In this document: positions 1 to 11,035 of the stretch, one piece after another
Numbering within the stretch: position 1 is the stretch's first letter
Layout: each line of letters opens with the position of its first letter
IMG/VR virus record: IMGVR_UViG_3300010885_080481
Direction: 5' to 3' (one strand)
Source of the DNA: a virus
Lineage: Duplodnaviria > Caudoviricetes
Length of the DNA: 64,000 nucleotides
Program-made: the position numbers and the translations under genes
The notes under the pieces: generated by a model
What the model saw: only the letters and a program-made list of their open reading frames with translations
Database searches by the model: none
Told to the model about the DNA's origin: nothing

Positions 1-1146
1 TTTGATGTTTGCAACTTTTTAAGTTCTTCTTACTCTGACGGCGCATGGTTTATCACCGGTTGTGCGAAAGGTGGCGGGTCTGATGAACTTTGCGACTATA
101 TTACTTCTTCAAATGGAATCAGCTTTAATTCTACGCAACACTTTACGATTGGAGAAGAAGACTTAAATGTTGATGTCACAAAGATAGTGTCTGCAACCCT
201 AGCAGGAACGATACCTGATAGCGGCATGAGAATATCATTCTCCCAGCAAATAGAGAATGACAAATACTCTTACTTCGTTAAGAGATTTGCCTCTAGGTCA
301 GCATATAATACTTCAAAACGTCCTAGATTGATCGTCAAGTACGATGATTCTCTACAGGATGATACTCAACTTTTGCGTTTTGATACGCCTGCAAATGTTT
401 TCTTAAGAAATTATTCTTATGGAGATCTATCAAATATACTGAGCGGTTCAGCCCTTTCAGCGATCACAGGATCTAATTGTTTGACTTTGAAGTTATCAAC
501 TCAACGCTCTGATGGTAGCGGATCATACAACATTTATTTTACTGGTTCTCAATATTCTAATGGTCTTAACTCGTTTACTGGAATATATTCAGCTTCTGTG
601 TTTTTGCCGCAGACAGATGCCGTCCTAAAGACAGAGTTGTTAAAATCAGGATCCGTCAAATTTACACCAATCTGGAGTTCTTTGGATGGAACAGTCACGT
701 ATTTGACAGGTACTTCGATCTACGCTTATCCTCCTCAGACATCCACAAAAGCGATAGATTTTTCTAACTATGTAATCTCTACTTCTGGTCTAAAGACTTC
801 TCATAGATCTGATGAGGAAGTCTTTGTTAGGTTGAACATATTCAACCATTCCTCACCGTACATAAAATTGGTAAAAAGACCAATGGAATTACCAGGAATC
901 GTGATAAAGAAATGTTATTATCAAATTAGAGATTATTCATCAAATGAAATTTTGATACCCTTCGATGAGACATATAACTCAACGAGAGTATCAAGCGATG
1001 ATTCAGGAATGTATTTTAAGATTGACATGACGAATCTGTATAAGGATAGAAGTTATGCCTTAGACGTAATGATCTCTTTGGCCGGTAACAAAAATGTCTA
1101 TAAGACAGTCAACGTGTTCAATGTTAGCGATTCTGCTTTAATGTGA
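1..1146 (+). CDS. Virion/baseplate-associated structural protein, 5'-truncated by the window edge
   Basis: Frame 1 is open from position 1 (FDVCNFLSSSYSDGAWF...QHFTIGEEDLNVDVTKIV), so the start lies upstream of the 187 call. Beta-rich S/G/T composition; heads a run of structural genes. Confidence 0.6.
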   Translation, partial: FDVCNFLSSSYSDGAWFITGCAKGGGSDELCDYITSSNGISFNSTQHFTIGEEDLNVDVTKIVSATLAGTIPDSGMRISFSQQIENDKYSYFVKRFASRSAYNTSKRPRLIVKYDDSLQDDTQLLRFDTPANVFLRNYSYGDLSNILSGSALSAITGSNCLTLKLSTQRSDGSGSYNIYFTGSQYSNGLNSFTGIYSASVFLPQTDAVLKTELLKSGSVKFTPIWSSLDGTVTYLTGTSIYAYPPQTSTKAIDFSNYVISTSGLKTSHRSDEEVFVRLNIFNHSSPYIKLVKRPMELPGIVIKKCYYQIRDYSSNEILIPFDETYNSTRVSSDDSGMYFKIDMTNLYKDRSYALDVMISLAGNKNVYKTVNVFNVSDSALM

Positions 1147-1150
1147 GTAT

Positions 1151-4100
1151 ATGGCAAACTATAACGTCAACCAATACATTCCTTCTTTTATCAAGGCAGC
1201 TTCTGCTGGTGATAATCGTTTATACGTTCTGAGGTTTGAGGATTTACCTGAATCAGATGTCGAAAATGATGATTCTTTTGCCTATACCTCTGAAGGAACA
1301 GCGCTCAAATCAACGCAACAGCTGAACGTAGATTGGACCAAATTTGAGAATCATACATTTTTTATGTCTGCAGAAGCCAAGGTTAACTTGGCTTTTGAAC
1401 AGATCATAAACAACTATCCATTCGACGGTACTAAAGAAGAAATAGAGAGTTTTTTTACTAAATTAACTGGATACGAAAAGTGGGTATTTGATCAATTCCC
1501 TAAATACAAAGGAGAATTGCTCTTTTCAGGTACACAACTCTCAGAAACAACTCCTAATAAAGGCACTTACATAATCGTTAAAGACATGCCTGGTGCCTTG
1601 TTTCCTGAATTGAGTCCAAAGGTGACGACTAATTCAGCTGTGTTGAATCCAAAAAACAAGAAATCGATGAGTATAGAATTTCATCTATACATCCCTAACA
1701 TCTCGACTGATGGAACGCAGGTTGTGTTTCAAAAGATAAATGATGTAGATAATCATGGATTTTCTTTTAGATTAAAGCCGACGATGTCAACCACCCAGGC
1801 AGAATCTCAATTTGAGATCTTTGCTGGAACTTCCGCGATGACTGTCGCCGCGAATCTAGAGAAAGGAAATTTTAATCATATTTGTTTGATTTACAATCGA
1901 GAAAAAAATCTACCAATTTTACAGTTTTACGTGAATGAGAGTCTAGTGGCTGAGTCTTCACAAAATATTGAGTTCAGCGATTTGAAAATAGATTATTCAG
2001 ATTTTATCATAGGGTCAGGCTCTCAATACAACATCTCCACCACCATAGTGACGCCGCAACAAACATTGTCTGGTGTGTTGGACGAATTTAGGGTTTTTCA
2101 TGAGGTTCGTTCACCTTCTCAGCAAACTTCTTTTGCTAAAAAATCGATATATTCAACCCCTAGCTTAAAGCTTTATTACAGATTTAACGAGCCTCCTCCA
2201 CCTCTTTCTCCGTTTGCTAACGACGTTGTCAATTCAATTGTCTTGGATAGCTCTGGAAACTCTCTGCATGCATATATTTCAAACTTTTCAGATGAATTAA
2301 GAAAAGATGCAGAGACGGACACGAATAGCAAGATGATTTACGAGAAAAATCTGCTGTCTCCGATTCTGTTTCCTGCTAATGAAGACGTTTTATCTCTAAA
2401 TGCTAATCTGTTGGCAGCGGCAAAAGAGTATGACGAAGTTAATCCTAACCTAATAACCAAACTCATACCTCGGCATTATTTGCTGGAAGGTGCCGCGCAA
2501 GAAGGGTTAGAGACCGTAAACCAGAACAATGGATCTCCGTATGGCGGAACGGGGATACCAGGACAGGGCAAGCTTAACAACGTTCAGTTAATGCTTTCTT
2601 TGCTTTACATATGGGCCAAATTTTTTGATGAAATCAGGTTGTTCATTGACGCATTTTCTAACTTAAAAAATGTTGAATATGACACCAACGAAAGTATTCC
2701 TAACAATTTCTTATTTGACATAGCGAAGAGTTACGGATTGTTTCTGCCTCCATTATTGAACAACTCTACAATCGAGCAGTACGTCGATGGTGAGAATATA
2801 GACGCAGCTCAAAAAAGCAATGAACAGTTATCGTTACGATCTGTACAACATGAGTTATTGAGACGAATTTTGATAAACGTTCCTTCCGTTATTCGATCAA
2901 AAGGTACTCAACATTCTATTAAGAGCTTTTTAAGAGCTGTTGGAATAGATCCTGATAGCAGCATGCGTTTTAGGGAATATGGCGGGCCGACGTACAAACA
3001 CCTCATAAAGTCTAGAGAACAAAAGACAGACTTAAATGCGATGATAAATTTCGCAACATCGTCTTACGTGTTCTCCACGTATCTATCTGCCTCCAGATAT
3101 GAACCAGGTTATCCGCACCCAGCAGGTACGTTTACAAGCAAAGATCAGTATGGTTTATCTATATCAAATGATCCTGATGACGGTTTATTCACCTCAGGTT
3201 CATGGTCTTATGAGTCAATTGTCAAGTACAACTTGAAGTCTGTTCCCCTGCAGAACTTAACTCAATCTATTGTTAGAATGTGTGTGACGGGTTCGAACAT
3301 AGCAAACCCTGGTCTGCTAGCAAACCTGGTCGCATTTTATGATGAAAATCAACCAAAAGTAGAGTTGTACCTACGTCCAGGTAATGCCGCCGCCTCCCCG
3401 TTGCTTTCCATGGGATTGCAATTACCAAAAGAAGCCATCTTTGGTGGAGACATTTGGAACATTTCCTTTGGATGTAATCGCAATGACAACTTCGGTTCTG
3501 TCGCCTCTTCTTCGTACTATCTTCGTGTGGGTTCTCAATCGGATGGGGAGTTGAGATATTACGAGACGACATCTTCTTACTTTTATGAGTTATCTTCTGG
3601 AATGCCTAATGAAAACGCTTTCCGACAGTTGAACTCTCAAACAAATGCTTCAGGAACTTTTTTGGCGTTCGGTTCAAACCAGGTGGTGCCTGTTGGAACA
3701 ACTTCGGCCTACCTGTACTTGAATAATTCTAACTATTCACCTGCAGCTGCCAGAGTGACAGACTTTAATGGTAGGCTTGCTAAGGCCAGATTTTGGTCTA
3801 AACAATTTTCAGAAAATGAATGGATTGAACACATACGGAATTATCAATCATTAGGTGTCGAAGATCCTAAGAAAAACTACAACTACCAAAAATACATCTC
3901 TGGTTCTTTTGAGAAGCTTAGGTTAGATTCGTTCACCAAACAGACCGAGAAGATTGCATCAAATTCTGGTCAAATAACATTTTTGGATTTTAGCGAAAAT
4001 GAAATGCATCTTTTTGGTTCAGGATTCCCAACAAATGAAAGCAGCGTGACTCCTGAGTTCTTCAGGTACTCTTATCTTTCTCCCTACTTCGATGAAGCTA

Positions 4101-4612
4101 TATCCAGCGATAAGATAAGGGTTAGAGGGTACAATGATGAAAGTTTAATTCAACAGTATCCCTGGGCATCTTTTGCTCCTGTTCACGAAATACCAAGATC
4201 AGAAAGCCCCACAGACGATGTTAGGTTTTCTATAGATTTTTCGCTTGTTGACTCGATCAACAGAGACATTGCAAATATGTTCTCTACCTTTGAGTCTTTA
4301 GAAAATTACATAGGGTCTCCTGAGCTCGTCTACTCTCCCGACTATCCTGATCTAGAAAGATTGAGGGTGAATTATTTCAATCGTTTAAAAAAGAAATTAG
4401 ACTTCAAAGCATTCTTTGAGTTTTATAGCTGGTTTGACAGCACTGTTAGCACATTCATCGAACAGTTGTTACCTAGAAAGACGGCATACAAAGGAACAAA
4501 CTTTATCGTAGAATCTCACATGTTAGAAAGAGCCAAGCACGAATATTATAGCACCGATATATACTTAGGAACTCCTAACAGAAATAACATTGTCGATAAA
4601 TTTTCTACGTAA
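1151..4612 (+). CDS. Baseplate wedge-like protein with a LamG/concanavalin-A-like domain
   Basis: 1153 aa. LamG-type motifs FNHICLIYN, LQFYVNESL, SGVLDEFRVFHEVRS, LKLYYRFNE; wedge-type motif LLRRILINVPSVIRSKGTQHSIKSFLRAVGID; a second LamG-like segment near FNGRLAKARFWSK. Confidence 0.65.
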   Translation: MANYNVNQYIPSFIKAASAGDNRLYVLRFEDLPESDVENDDSFAYTSEGTALKSTQQLNVDWTKFENHTFFMSAEAKVNLAFEQIINNYPFDGTKEEIESFFTKLTGYEKWVFDQFPKYKGELLFSGTQLSETTPNKGTYIIVKDMPGALFPELSPKVTTNSAVLNPKNKKSMSIEFHLYIPNISTDGTQVVFQKINDVDNHGFSFRLKPTMSTTQAESQFEIFAGTSAMTVAANLEKGNFNHICLIYNREKNLPILQFYVNESLVAESSQNIEFSDLKIDYSDFIIGSGSQYNISTTIVTPQQTLSGVLDEFRVFHEVRSPSQQTSFAKKSIYSTPSLKLYYRFNEPPPPLSPFANDVVNSIVLDSSGNSLHAYISNFSDELRKDAETDTNSKMIYEKNLLSPILFPANEDVLSLNANLLAAAKEYDEVNPNLITKLIPRHYLLEGAAQEGLETVNQNNGSPYGGTGIPGQGKLNNVQLMLSLLYIWAKFFDEIRLFIDAFSNLKNVEYDTNESIPNNFLFDIAKSYGLFLPPLLNNSTIEQYVDGENIDAAQKSNEQLSLRSVQHELLRRILINVPSVIRSKGTQHSIKSFLRAVGIDPDSSMRFREYGGPTYKHLIKSREQKTDLNAMINFATSSYVFSTYLSASRYEPGYPHPAGTFTSKDQYGLSISNDPDDGLFTSGSWSYESIVKYNLKSVPLQNLTQSIVRMCVTGSNIANPGLLANLVAFYDENQPKVELYLRPGNAAASPLLSMGLQLPKEAIFGGDIWNISFGCNRNDNFGSVASSSYYLRVGSQSDGELRYYETTSSYFYELSSGMPNENAFRQLNSQTNASGTFLAFGSNQVVPVGTTSAYLYLNNSNYSPAAARVTDFNGRLAKARFWSKQFSENEWIEHIRNYQSLGVEDPKKNYNYQKYISGSFEKLRLDSFTKQTEKIASNSGQITFLDFSENEMHLFGSGFPTNESSVTPEFFRYSYLSPYFDEAISSDKIRVRGYNDESLIQQYPWASFAPVHEIPRSESPTDDVRFSIDFSLVDSINRDIANMFSTFESLENYIGSPELVYSPDYPDLERLRVNYFNRLKKKLDFKAFFEFYSWFDSTVSTFIEQLLPRKTAYKGTNFIVESHMLERAKHEYYSTDIYLGTPNRNNIVDKFST

Positions 4613-4627
4613 AAGGTACTACCTGAT

Positions 4628-5542
4628 ATGAGCGATGAACTTAGTAGAGCTTTTCAACTTTTAACGCCGAAAAAAGACACAGCATTTTTCTACGGTTTTT
4701 TGCCAGAAAATAAAAACGAGTACTTTGAAGACAATACAAACGTAGATCTAGATTCTAAGCTAAAAAATTCAAATTCAAACCAATATTTCATCACGGGTTC
4801 CGTGATTGACACTTCGCAAATTGATCCTTATAGACAAGGCGTAGAGCTAACCAGCTATAAACAATTTTACGTAGGCATTGATAGAGGAGTCTGTAAGATA
4901 CATGCAGGTGAACCTGGACACGTTCTAAGGAAGAACCACTTTGGAACTGATAGAAATTTTAGAAAAGAAAACTACTACTATGACATCGAATACTTCAACG
5001 CGGTAACTTACTTAAATTCTGACAGGGTCTACACCTATCCCATTATAACAGGAGATAACTCAGAAACAGAAAATTACAATTTTAACGGCGTCATCGAGCC
5101 ATTGACCATCCGAGCTTTGGTTTCTTTCTTCAGCATTGACGTTCCGTTTGAAGCTCATGATATAAAAGCAAATATTGAAGACGGAAATGGTGACATAACG
5201 AGGTCTCACAGCAAGGTTATCAACATCTATGAAAGAAATCCTTCTCATAGAATTGTTCCTTGGCTTGATATGATTGATATGGTTGGAGAAGTAAAGAAAA
5301 TTCCAACTATGGGATTTTTTAATGATGATAAATCTTTTATTACACCTTTTAACGATCAAAAATTTAAGGTAGAATTATCAAACAACTTAGAAGGAATTAT
5401 GAAATCAGCCGTTATGCGTTTGCAAGGTTCGACTGAAAATTATGTGCCTGATCTTTATGTATCAGCTCCTTGCGGGTGGATGTACGATGATGCAACCATG
5501 AAAGGAACTGATTCTTTAGCATTTGGAGGCCTTGCTTATTAA
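4628..5542 (+). CDS. Hypothetical virion structural protein
   Basis: 304-aa ORF tightly coupled to its neighbours (TAATG overlap at 5540-5544); no recognisable motif. Confidence 0.55.
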   Translation: MSDELSRAFQLLTPKKDTAFFYGFLPENKNEYFEDNTNVDLDSKLKNSNSNQYFITGSVIDTSQIDPYRQGVELTSYKQFYVGIDRGVCKIHAGEPGHVLRKNHFGTDRNFRKENYYYDIEYFNAVTYLNSDRVYTYPIITGDNSETENYNFNGVIEPLTIRALVSFFSIDVPFEAHDIKANIEDGNGDITRSHSKVINIYERNPSHRIVPWLDMIDMVGEVKKIPTMGFFNDDKSFITPFNDQKFKVELSNNLEGIMKSAVMRLQGSTENYVPDLYVSAPCGWMYDDATMKGTDSLAFGGLAY

Positions 5543-8424
5543 TGCCTACGTCCCGATCTTCTCGTACTCCTCCTCCGCGTTTATTTGCTGACTACATTCT
5601 AACCTGGGAGGTCGGTAAAAATTCTGGTTTATCTAGAGTAGATAAGACTCTATTTTCTCCGATACCTGGTAGTGTGGGACAACCTGACACCGATGATGCA
5701 GTTTCTGCTGTTCTAGACATCGGATTTATTTTTAAGTTTGAAAATAAAAACTATACAAAGTATGTCGTTTCGACAGACGGATGGATAGCTTTAATAGATC
5801 CAGATTTTTCGACATTTACGTTGACAGACATTCTTGAATCAGGAGCTGCTACGCGTAATAACTCCAAAATTAAAGATACATTTACAAAAAACCACGTTTT
5901 ATTAGCTCCGTGGTTTGACGATCTTGTCAATAAAAAAGGTAATTTAAACTACATCTTGTCTTTGGCGACTCGTGATAGGATGGAAAAAGGTATCGCTCCT
6001 TTATTACCGAACTATCACCCTTCCGAAAATGGAGTCCAATACTATTTGGATAAAAATTCGAGGTTAGGGAAGCGTTTGATAATCCGTTGGAACTCGATAC
6101 ATTCTCAATCTACTCACATTTTAACTTTTGAGAGCGTGATTTACGAAAATGGTCGAATTGAATTTAGATATGCCCCTAGATCTAATTGGTTTACATCACC
6201 CAATGATGGTAAGCAAGCTGCAACTTGCGGCATTTTTTTAAATAACGATCAGGATATTAAACACGGACCTTTTAGAGATTTTTCTCCTTTGTTTGGGTAT
6301 AGACCCTATGATAGACCTGAATACGTTTATGGGGGCGCTACATATAATGCGGCGTACACTGATACTGATGCAATAGAAAGTGACTCAGTTAATTACACTG
6401 TTAATTTAGATCCCAGCATCCATTGGCCAGGACAAAATCGTTTAGGGGCAACTGTTATATTCCAACCTCCATTAAATCGAAGGAAGATTTTACCTAGACA
6501 AACATTGAGAGATAGAGATAATAGATTAAACTTACCTGTAGTTTCTAGAACCGGTGCTGGCTATAATTCTAATTCTTCTTTTTTTGACGATAGAACTTCA
6601 ATTACCTATGGAGTACGCAAAAGAACCGTTAATAGACAAACTGTCTATTTAAGCGGATCTAATCTGTTAAATTACCCTACAACGATTCCTCGTTTTTATG
6701 GGAATTCGCAGGAAGGGATTTCTGATAGACAAAACTTGTTTGCTGGAGATTTTCTTGTCACAGCTTCCACTTCAAAATCTCTGGTTCAAGACCTAATAGG
6801 CAATTCAGTTCAAGAATACGTTACACCCTTTAATGAATCTTTACTGTTTGCTAACGAAAATAAAGCATCTCAGGATCCATTTTTCTCAGTAGGCACTTCA
6901 ATCGAAGATGTTGGTCTTGGATTTTCTCAACCATTAAAATCCAAGACGCAGATTCGCATGTCTATGAGAGTTGATCATAAGACAAGAATGTTTGAAGCAT
7001 CCTCCAGCATTTATTACTTTAGTCCCACCACTAAACGTTGGCAGTATCCAACTTCATCTTTTGTTGGTGGAGGAGATGACATAGCCAGTCCATACTCAGA
7101 AGTCTATCGATCCAGGTTGGTCGAGGTTGATAGAGGATTTAACGCATTCGGATTCAATATCTGTTCAGGATCTAACTCTGCGATTCGTCGATTTTTTGAA
7201 TATGGGACTGATGATATCTTTAATCAAGGGTGGACTAAAGAGAATGAAACGATTGCTCTTAACAAAACCTACAGTAAAAGTGTACAAAATGATACAAGAT
7301 ATTCTGCCACCAATAATGAATTTTTTACCGTACCTATTTCTCATCCTTTTTTGTTAGAAAAAGCAGTTATAGAAATACCGATAGAAGCTGGACCTGGATG
7401 GTTTAATGATAAGACTCAATGCTTTTTACCAATCGCCAACACGTATAGCGGATGGAGTCCATTTGCTAGAAGTTATCCTTTCGACGTAGGCGGCCCAGGA
7501 GTTACGATTGCATTGTTCAATCAAGTCAACATTGGTGGGGGGAGAACTAGAAGAGATCTCATTCTTTCTGGAACAATCACTCATGAGTTTGATGACGTCA
7601 CCAATATTGTATACTCTCGTGCTCCTGACCTAGGAAGTCTTGGTGGCGACGTTTGGCAGATAGTTCCTCAAGGATTTAACGCTTATGGCACGCCTTCAAC
7701 TGTCGTAAGCGGGTCAAATCAATTTTTCACTGGCACTGTACGAGTAAAGTGCGAAGCAGCCATATCGAATGGCGTGATGGTCAGGGACACAATTTATGCA
7801 AACCAAACCAGCTACGTTGATTACCTGACAGGGTCTCTAGAAAACATATTCAATTTTCCAGAGTGGTCGTTGGTAGGTAGAGGTAACATTGAAAACTTCA
7901 ATCAAGATCCAGGAGGGAATGGGTTTAGAGAACGCACCATCGTAGCTGTCAACAATCTCGGCCGCGGGGGCACCGGATTTGAACCTTCTGGCAGGTCTAT
8001 ATTTGGTAAAGAATACGTGACGTCCCAAGGATTATCTCAAAAGTCTTATCCAAACGTTTTTTACAAATACAAGAATAGTAGCATCTTGAATGAATTAAAA
8101 ACGATTGCCTCCACCGCAAGCCCAACTCCCGAATTTTATGCGACTTCTGTTGTAAACCAACAAACGAGTAAAGCATCTCCTTATTTGCTGTTTCCTAACG
8201 ATAAATTGATTTTATCTGTTTCCAAGACTAGACCTTACTTCTTTTCAACTGAAGTTTCTTCGCCTTATACGACAGGTTCTATTCAACATGATATAAAGTT
8301 AAGCACTGGTAGCATTAACATTACGTTGTATGGAAGTTTGGTCGCAAATGGTCAAGAGTTTCATAATAATTCTAGTCAAATAGCATCTGATGCTGTCCAC
8401 GAAGTGATTTTTGGAGATATTTGA
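5542..8424 (+). CDS. Large hypothetical virion protein with an N-terminal NIDO-like beta domain
   Basis: 960 aa; LLAPWFDDL...LIIRW...TFESVIYENGRIEFRY resembles NIDO-type domains; structural-gene context. Confidence 0.5.
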   Translation: MPTSRSSRTPPPRLFADYILTWEVGKNSGLSRVDKTLFSPIPGSVGQPDTDDAVSAVLDIGFIFKFENKNYTKYVVSTDGWIALIDPDFSTFTLTDILESGAATRNNSKIKDTFTKNHVLLAPWFDDLVNKKGNLNYILSLATRDRMEKGIAPLLPNYHPSENGVQYYLDKNSRLGKRLIIRWNSIHSQSTHILTFESVIYENGRIEFRYAPRSNWFTSPNDGKQAATCGIFLNNDQDIKHGPFRDFSPLFGYRPYDRPEYVYGGATYNAAYTDTDAIESDSVNYTVNLDPSIHWPGQNRLGATVIFQPPLNRRKILPRQTLRDRDNRLNLPVVSRTGAGYNSNSSFFDDRTSITYGVRKRTVNRQTVYLSGSNLLNYPTTIPRFYGNSQEGISDRQNLFAGDFLVTASTSKSLVQDLIGNSVQEYVTPFNESLLFANENKASQDPFFSVGTSIEDVGLGFSQPLKSKTQIRMSMRVDHKTRMFEASSSIYYFSPTTKRWQYPTSSFVGGGDDIASPYSEVYRSRLVEVDRGFNAFGFNICSGSNSAIRRFFEYGTDDIFNQGWTKENETIALNKTYSKSVQNDTRYSATNNEFFTVPISHPFLLEKAVIEIPIEAGPGWFNDKTQCFLPIANTYSGWSPFARSYPFDVGGPGVTIALFNQVNIGGGRTRRDLILSGTITHEFDDVTNIVYSRAPDLGSLGGDVWQIVPQGFNAYGTPSTVVSGSNQFFTGTVRVKCEAAISNGVMVRDTIYANQTSYVDYLTGSLENIFNFPEWSLVGRGNIENFNQDPGGNGFRERTIVAVNNLGRGGTGFEPSGRSIFGKEYVTSQGLSQKSYPNVFYKYKNSSILNELKTIASTASPTPEFYATSVVNQQTSKASPYLLFPNDKLILSVSKTRPYFFSTEVSSPYTTGSIQHDIKLSTGSINITLYGSLVANGQEFHNNSSQIASDAVHEVIFGDI

Positions 8425-8428
8425 TAAC

Positions 8429-9880
8429 ATGATAACGTTGTTAGACCAATACGAGGTTGAGTATAAGGAATCTTATATATCGGGAAGCCATGACCAAGTG
8501 GTCATGGGAAAGATGTTTTACCGTGTTGTAGATAGAGGAATTAAAAAATACGTATATGGATCTAGAGGCGTCGCTTATGGAGCTATAAATGCTCAATATG
8601 CGTCCACACCGGGTACATCTATTTTTGATTTTAACACATCTAGATCCTACAGAGCTCAACCTTACAGAGAGAAAGCTGGCAATACTAGAGCAACTAAACA
8701 TTCATGTTTAGAAGAAAGAATATATGATTCCATGCCCCCAGATGCATTGTCATGTTTTAAAAGAAATAACGCGAATGTTTTTGTAATAGAAAGAACGGCA
8801 GACGAAGCGCCCGGATATTCTGCGGGTACTTCTGGAGTAGATATTTTTTTAAATGGATTTTTGATGTTTGATAGTTACATCCCTCCATATTCAGGACATA
8901 GAGATAATTTTAATTTAGGTACAGACAAATACTGGACAAGATCTTTTCCCTTTGAGCCTAGATACGCAGATGTTAAAAGAGAAAAATCTCAAAATTTTTC
9001 CAATTCGGTGCTTGCAAATTTTAAAGCTCTTTTTAGACATGATTCTTCACAAAATTTCGTAGCTTTAAGAACTAAAAGAAAAGTAAAAGGCCTCATATTA
9101 GGAACTTTCGCACCCGCCCGCGGCGTTCTTAAACATGATACTGCAAATTTACTATCATCCTATCTGCTTCCAACCCCCTGGAAGCATAGATGGGTAGTAG
9201 ATATGGATTCTACAAAAAAGGTTTTTGTCGGCAGCGCCGCCAATTTAACTTCATCATGCGGTGATGATGACATGATGAAAGTCTTATATGGATTTGGTGA
9301 TATTAATACTATTTTCTACACGTCTTCGTATACCGACAGCGAAAATTCCACTGGATATGCAATGTTAGGTACAAACAATTGGCCTGATTTTAGAATAAAT
9401 AACAACACCAACTATGCAGCTCCAAGTGGATCTTACGAATGGATCACCGGTAGTGTGTGGTCAGCATCACCTGTTATACGCGGGTGGAAATACGGATTGT
9501 ATAGCGGATTACCTGCTTATACTTCTGCTTATTATAGACAAGGTCGTTACGGCCAATTTAGAGACATGTTAGAACAAAGACAGTTTACCAAGTTGTTGAA
9601 TAAGTCAACTTCTCAAAAATCAAATTTAAACAATGAAAGTTTATTTAGCGTCGAAAAGTCAAGCATTGGCACTTCTCCTGTAACTGTAAAATTTTTAGAC
9701 GCAGATGGTAACTTAGTTGAACCAGGTAGAACGCAGTCTCAAAACCTAAGCGAAGAGGTGACGTCTTCTTTGCCTTTCTTTGATCTAACACAACGTAACA
9801 GGCCTGAAAATGTTCGTTCTTTGACAAACCTTAAGCTGCTAAACTTCACCGTAGATCAGTTTAGAAATACGATCTTGTGA
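8429..9880 (+). CDS. Hypothetical virion protein (may be joined to the previous ORF by a +1 shift)
   Basis: First ATG at 8429; the frame is open from at least 8411 and overlaps the upstream stop at 8422-8424; no recognisable catalytic motif. Confidence 0.55.
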   Translation: MITLLDQYEVEYKESYISGSHDQVVMGKMFYRVVDRGIKKYVYGSRGVAYGAINAQYASTPGTSIFDFNTSRSYRAQPYREKAGNTRATKHSCLEERIYDSMPPDALSCFKRNNANVFVIERTADEAPGYSAGTSGVDIFLNGFLMFDSYIPPYSGHRDNFNLGTDKYWTRSFPFEPRYADVKREKSQNFSNSVLANFKALFRHDSSQNFVALRTKRKVKGLILGTFAPARGVLKHDTANLLSSYLLPTPWKHRWVVDMDSTKKVFVGSAANLTSSCGDDDMMKVLYGFGDINTIFYTSSYTDSENSTGYAMLGTNNWPDFRINNNTNYAAPSGSYEWITGSVWSASPVIRGWKYGLYSGLPAYTSAYYRQGRYGQFRDMLEQRQFTKLLNKSTSQKSNLNNESLFSVEKSSIGTSPVTVKFLDADGNLVEPGRTQSQNLSEEVTSSLPFFDLTQRNRPENVRSLTNLKLLNFTVDQFRNTIL

Positions 9881-9881
9881 C

Positions 9882-10340
9882 ATGACAATCGCCAAATACA
9901 ACATAGATAGTTCACCTTTCATCTTTGCTCAAGACTCGCAAAGTAAAAACGTAGAACTAGTAGTAGTTCCTTCTAACTTCCAGGTTGGGATAAAGGATTC
10001 CCCTGCGGATACCACACTCATGGGAAGGCTGTCCGTTTCGACTGCTGTATACCAACCTAACAGCAAGAATAGATACACTGTAAATCTAGACTCATTTGTG
10101 ACAGTAGCAATAATAGACGTAATCGATAGGCAGCCCACGACGGTGAACCTACCAGGAGCCGTAAGGAATGGTCACATCGTGTATGTGAAAGACAAGAATG
10201 GGATGGCAGGTAGCTTTACCATAACTGTTTCTGCGAATAACTCAAAAATTGACGGTTCTTTAACGACAACGATTTCTACTAATTATGGCAGCAAGTGTTT
10301 TTGCTGGTATGTTGATCGATGGTCCATTATTTCTGCTTAA
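9882..10340 (+). CDS. Short fibre-associated protein
   Basis: C-terminal VNLPGAVRNGHIVYVKD...TTISTNYGSKCFCWYVDRWSII aligns by eye with the C-terminus of the fibre at 17388 (LYLPSAAPNGFQVIVKR...TTISANYGSSTFIKLGSGWYIT). Confidence 0.55.
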   Translation: MTIAKYNIDSSPFIFAQDSQSKNVELVVVPSNFQVGIKDSPADTTLMGRLSVSTAVYQPNSKNRYTVNLDSFVTVAIIDVIDRQPTTVNLPGAVRNGHIVYVKDKNGMAGSFTITVSANNSKIDGSLTTTISTNYGSKCFCWYVDRWSIISA

Positions 10341-10475
10341 CGTTTCTACAAGCTGTAATTGAAGTTGCGATTCTTCTGATCGATTTACTTTAGGATCGCC
10401 GCCGCTCTTTTCAGCTTCTTGCGTTACTTCTACCAACAACGTCTCTGAGTTGCCCAATAGGTCTATAGTAATCAT
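10260..10475 (-). CDS. Hypothetical protein (71 aa)
   Basis: ATG at 10475 lies 14 nt past a palindromic ATAATTAT motif (10490-10497); the 3' end overlaps the convergent gene by ~80 nt, so it is uncertain. Confidence 0.35.
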   Translation of the reverse strand: MITIDLLGNSETLLVEVTQEAEKSGGDPKVNRSEESQLQLQLVETLSRNNGPSINIPAKTLAAIISRNRCR

Positions 10476-10505
10476 AGATCACCTTATAAATAATTATTCA
10501 TAATG

Positions 10506-10985
10506 TCATACTATATTTTCCTTCGTTGATTTTTTGATTAAATCTTCGATTGTTTCGTTGTCTTGGAACAATTCTTCGAAATTAAATTGTTCGTCTTCAT
10601 CATGCAACGATCTTATGTGAATTCCACTTTTTTCTCCTTCGATTAATCGTAGATGATCCGTTAATATCCATCCGAAATGAACTGATATCAACGACCCATC
10701 ATTTTTCCTCTTAGGAGACATCGTGGCCTTAATTAATCTTAAAAAGCTCGTTGAAGTGGGGGTAGGCTTGCTGTAATCTATATGACATCCGTTCCATTCA
10801 ACCTCTAACCATTGTCCTCGTCGTAAAGAGACAGTCTCTACCTCTGGATGCTTCTTCAAAAGATTTACGATATTTTTCTTTTCTGAGTTTGCGACAAGAG
10901 AATGCAAAAGAGACGATTCAGGAAACAAATAGAAATATTTTGTCTTTGTTTCCTCACCAGACAACGATACTTTGCATTTTTTCAT
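10506..10985 (-). CDS. Hypothetical protein
   Basis: 159-aa ORF with no competing + strand ORF, in the minus-strand block. Confidence 0.6.
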   Translation of the reverse strand: MKKCKVSLSGEETKTKYFYLFPESSLLHSLVANSEKKNIVNLLKKHPEVETVSLRRGQWLEVEWNGCHIDYSKPTPTSTSFLRLIKATMSPKRKNDGSLISVHFGWILTDHLRLIEGEKSGIHIRSLHDEDEQFNFEELFQDNETIEDLIKKSTKENIV

Positions 10986-11035
10986 TATTGTTTACGAATT
11001 TATAACACAATGTAACGTAAAGTTTATTGAAGATC

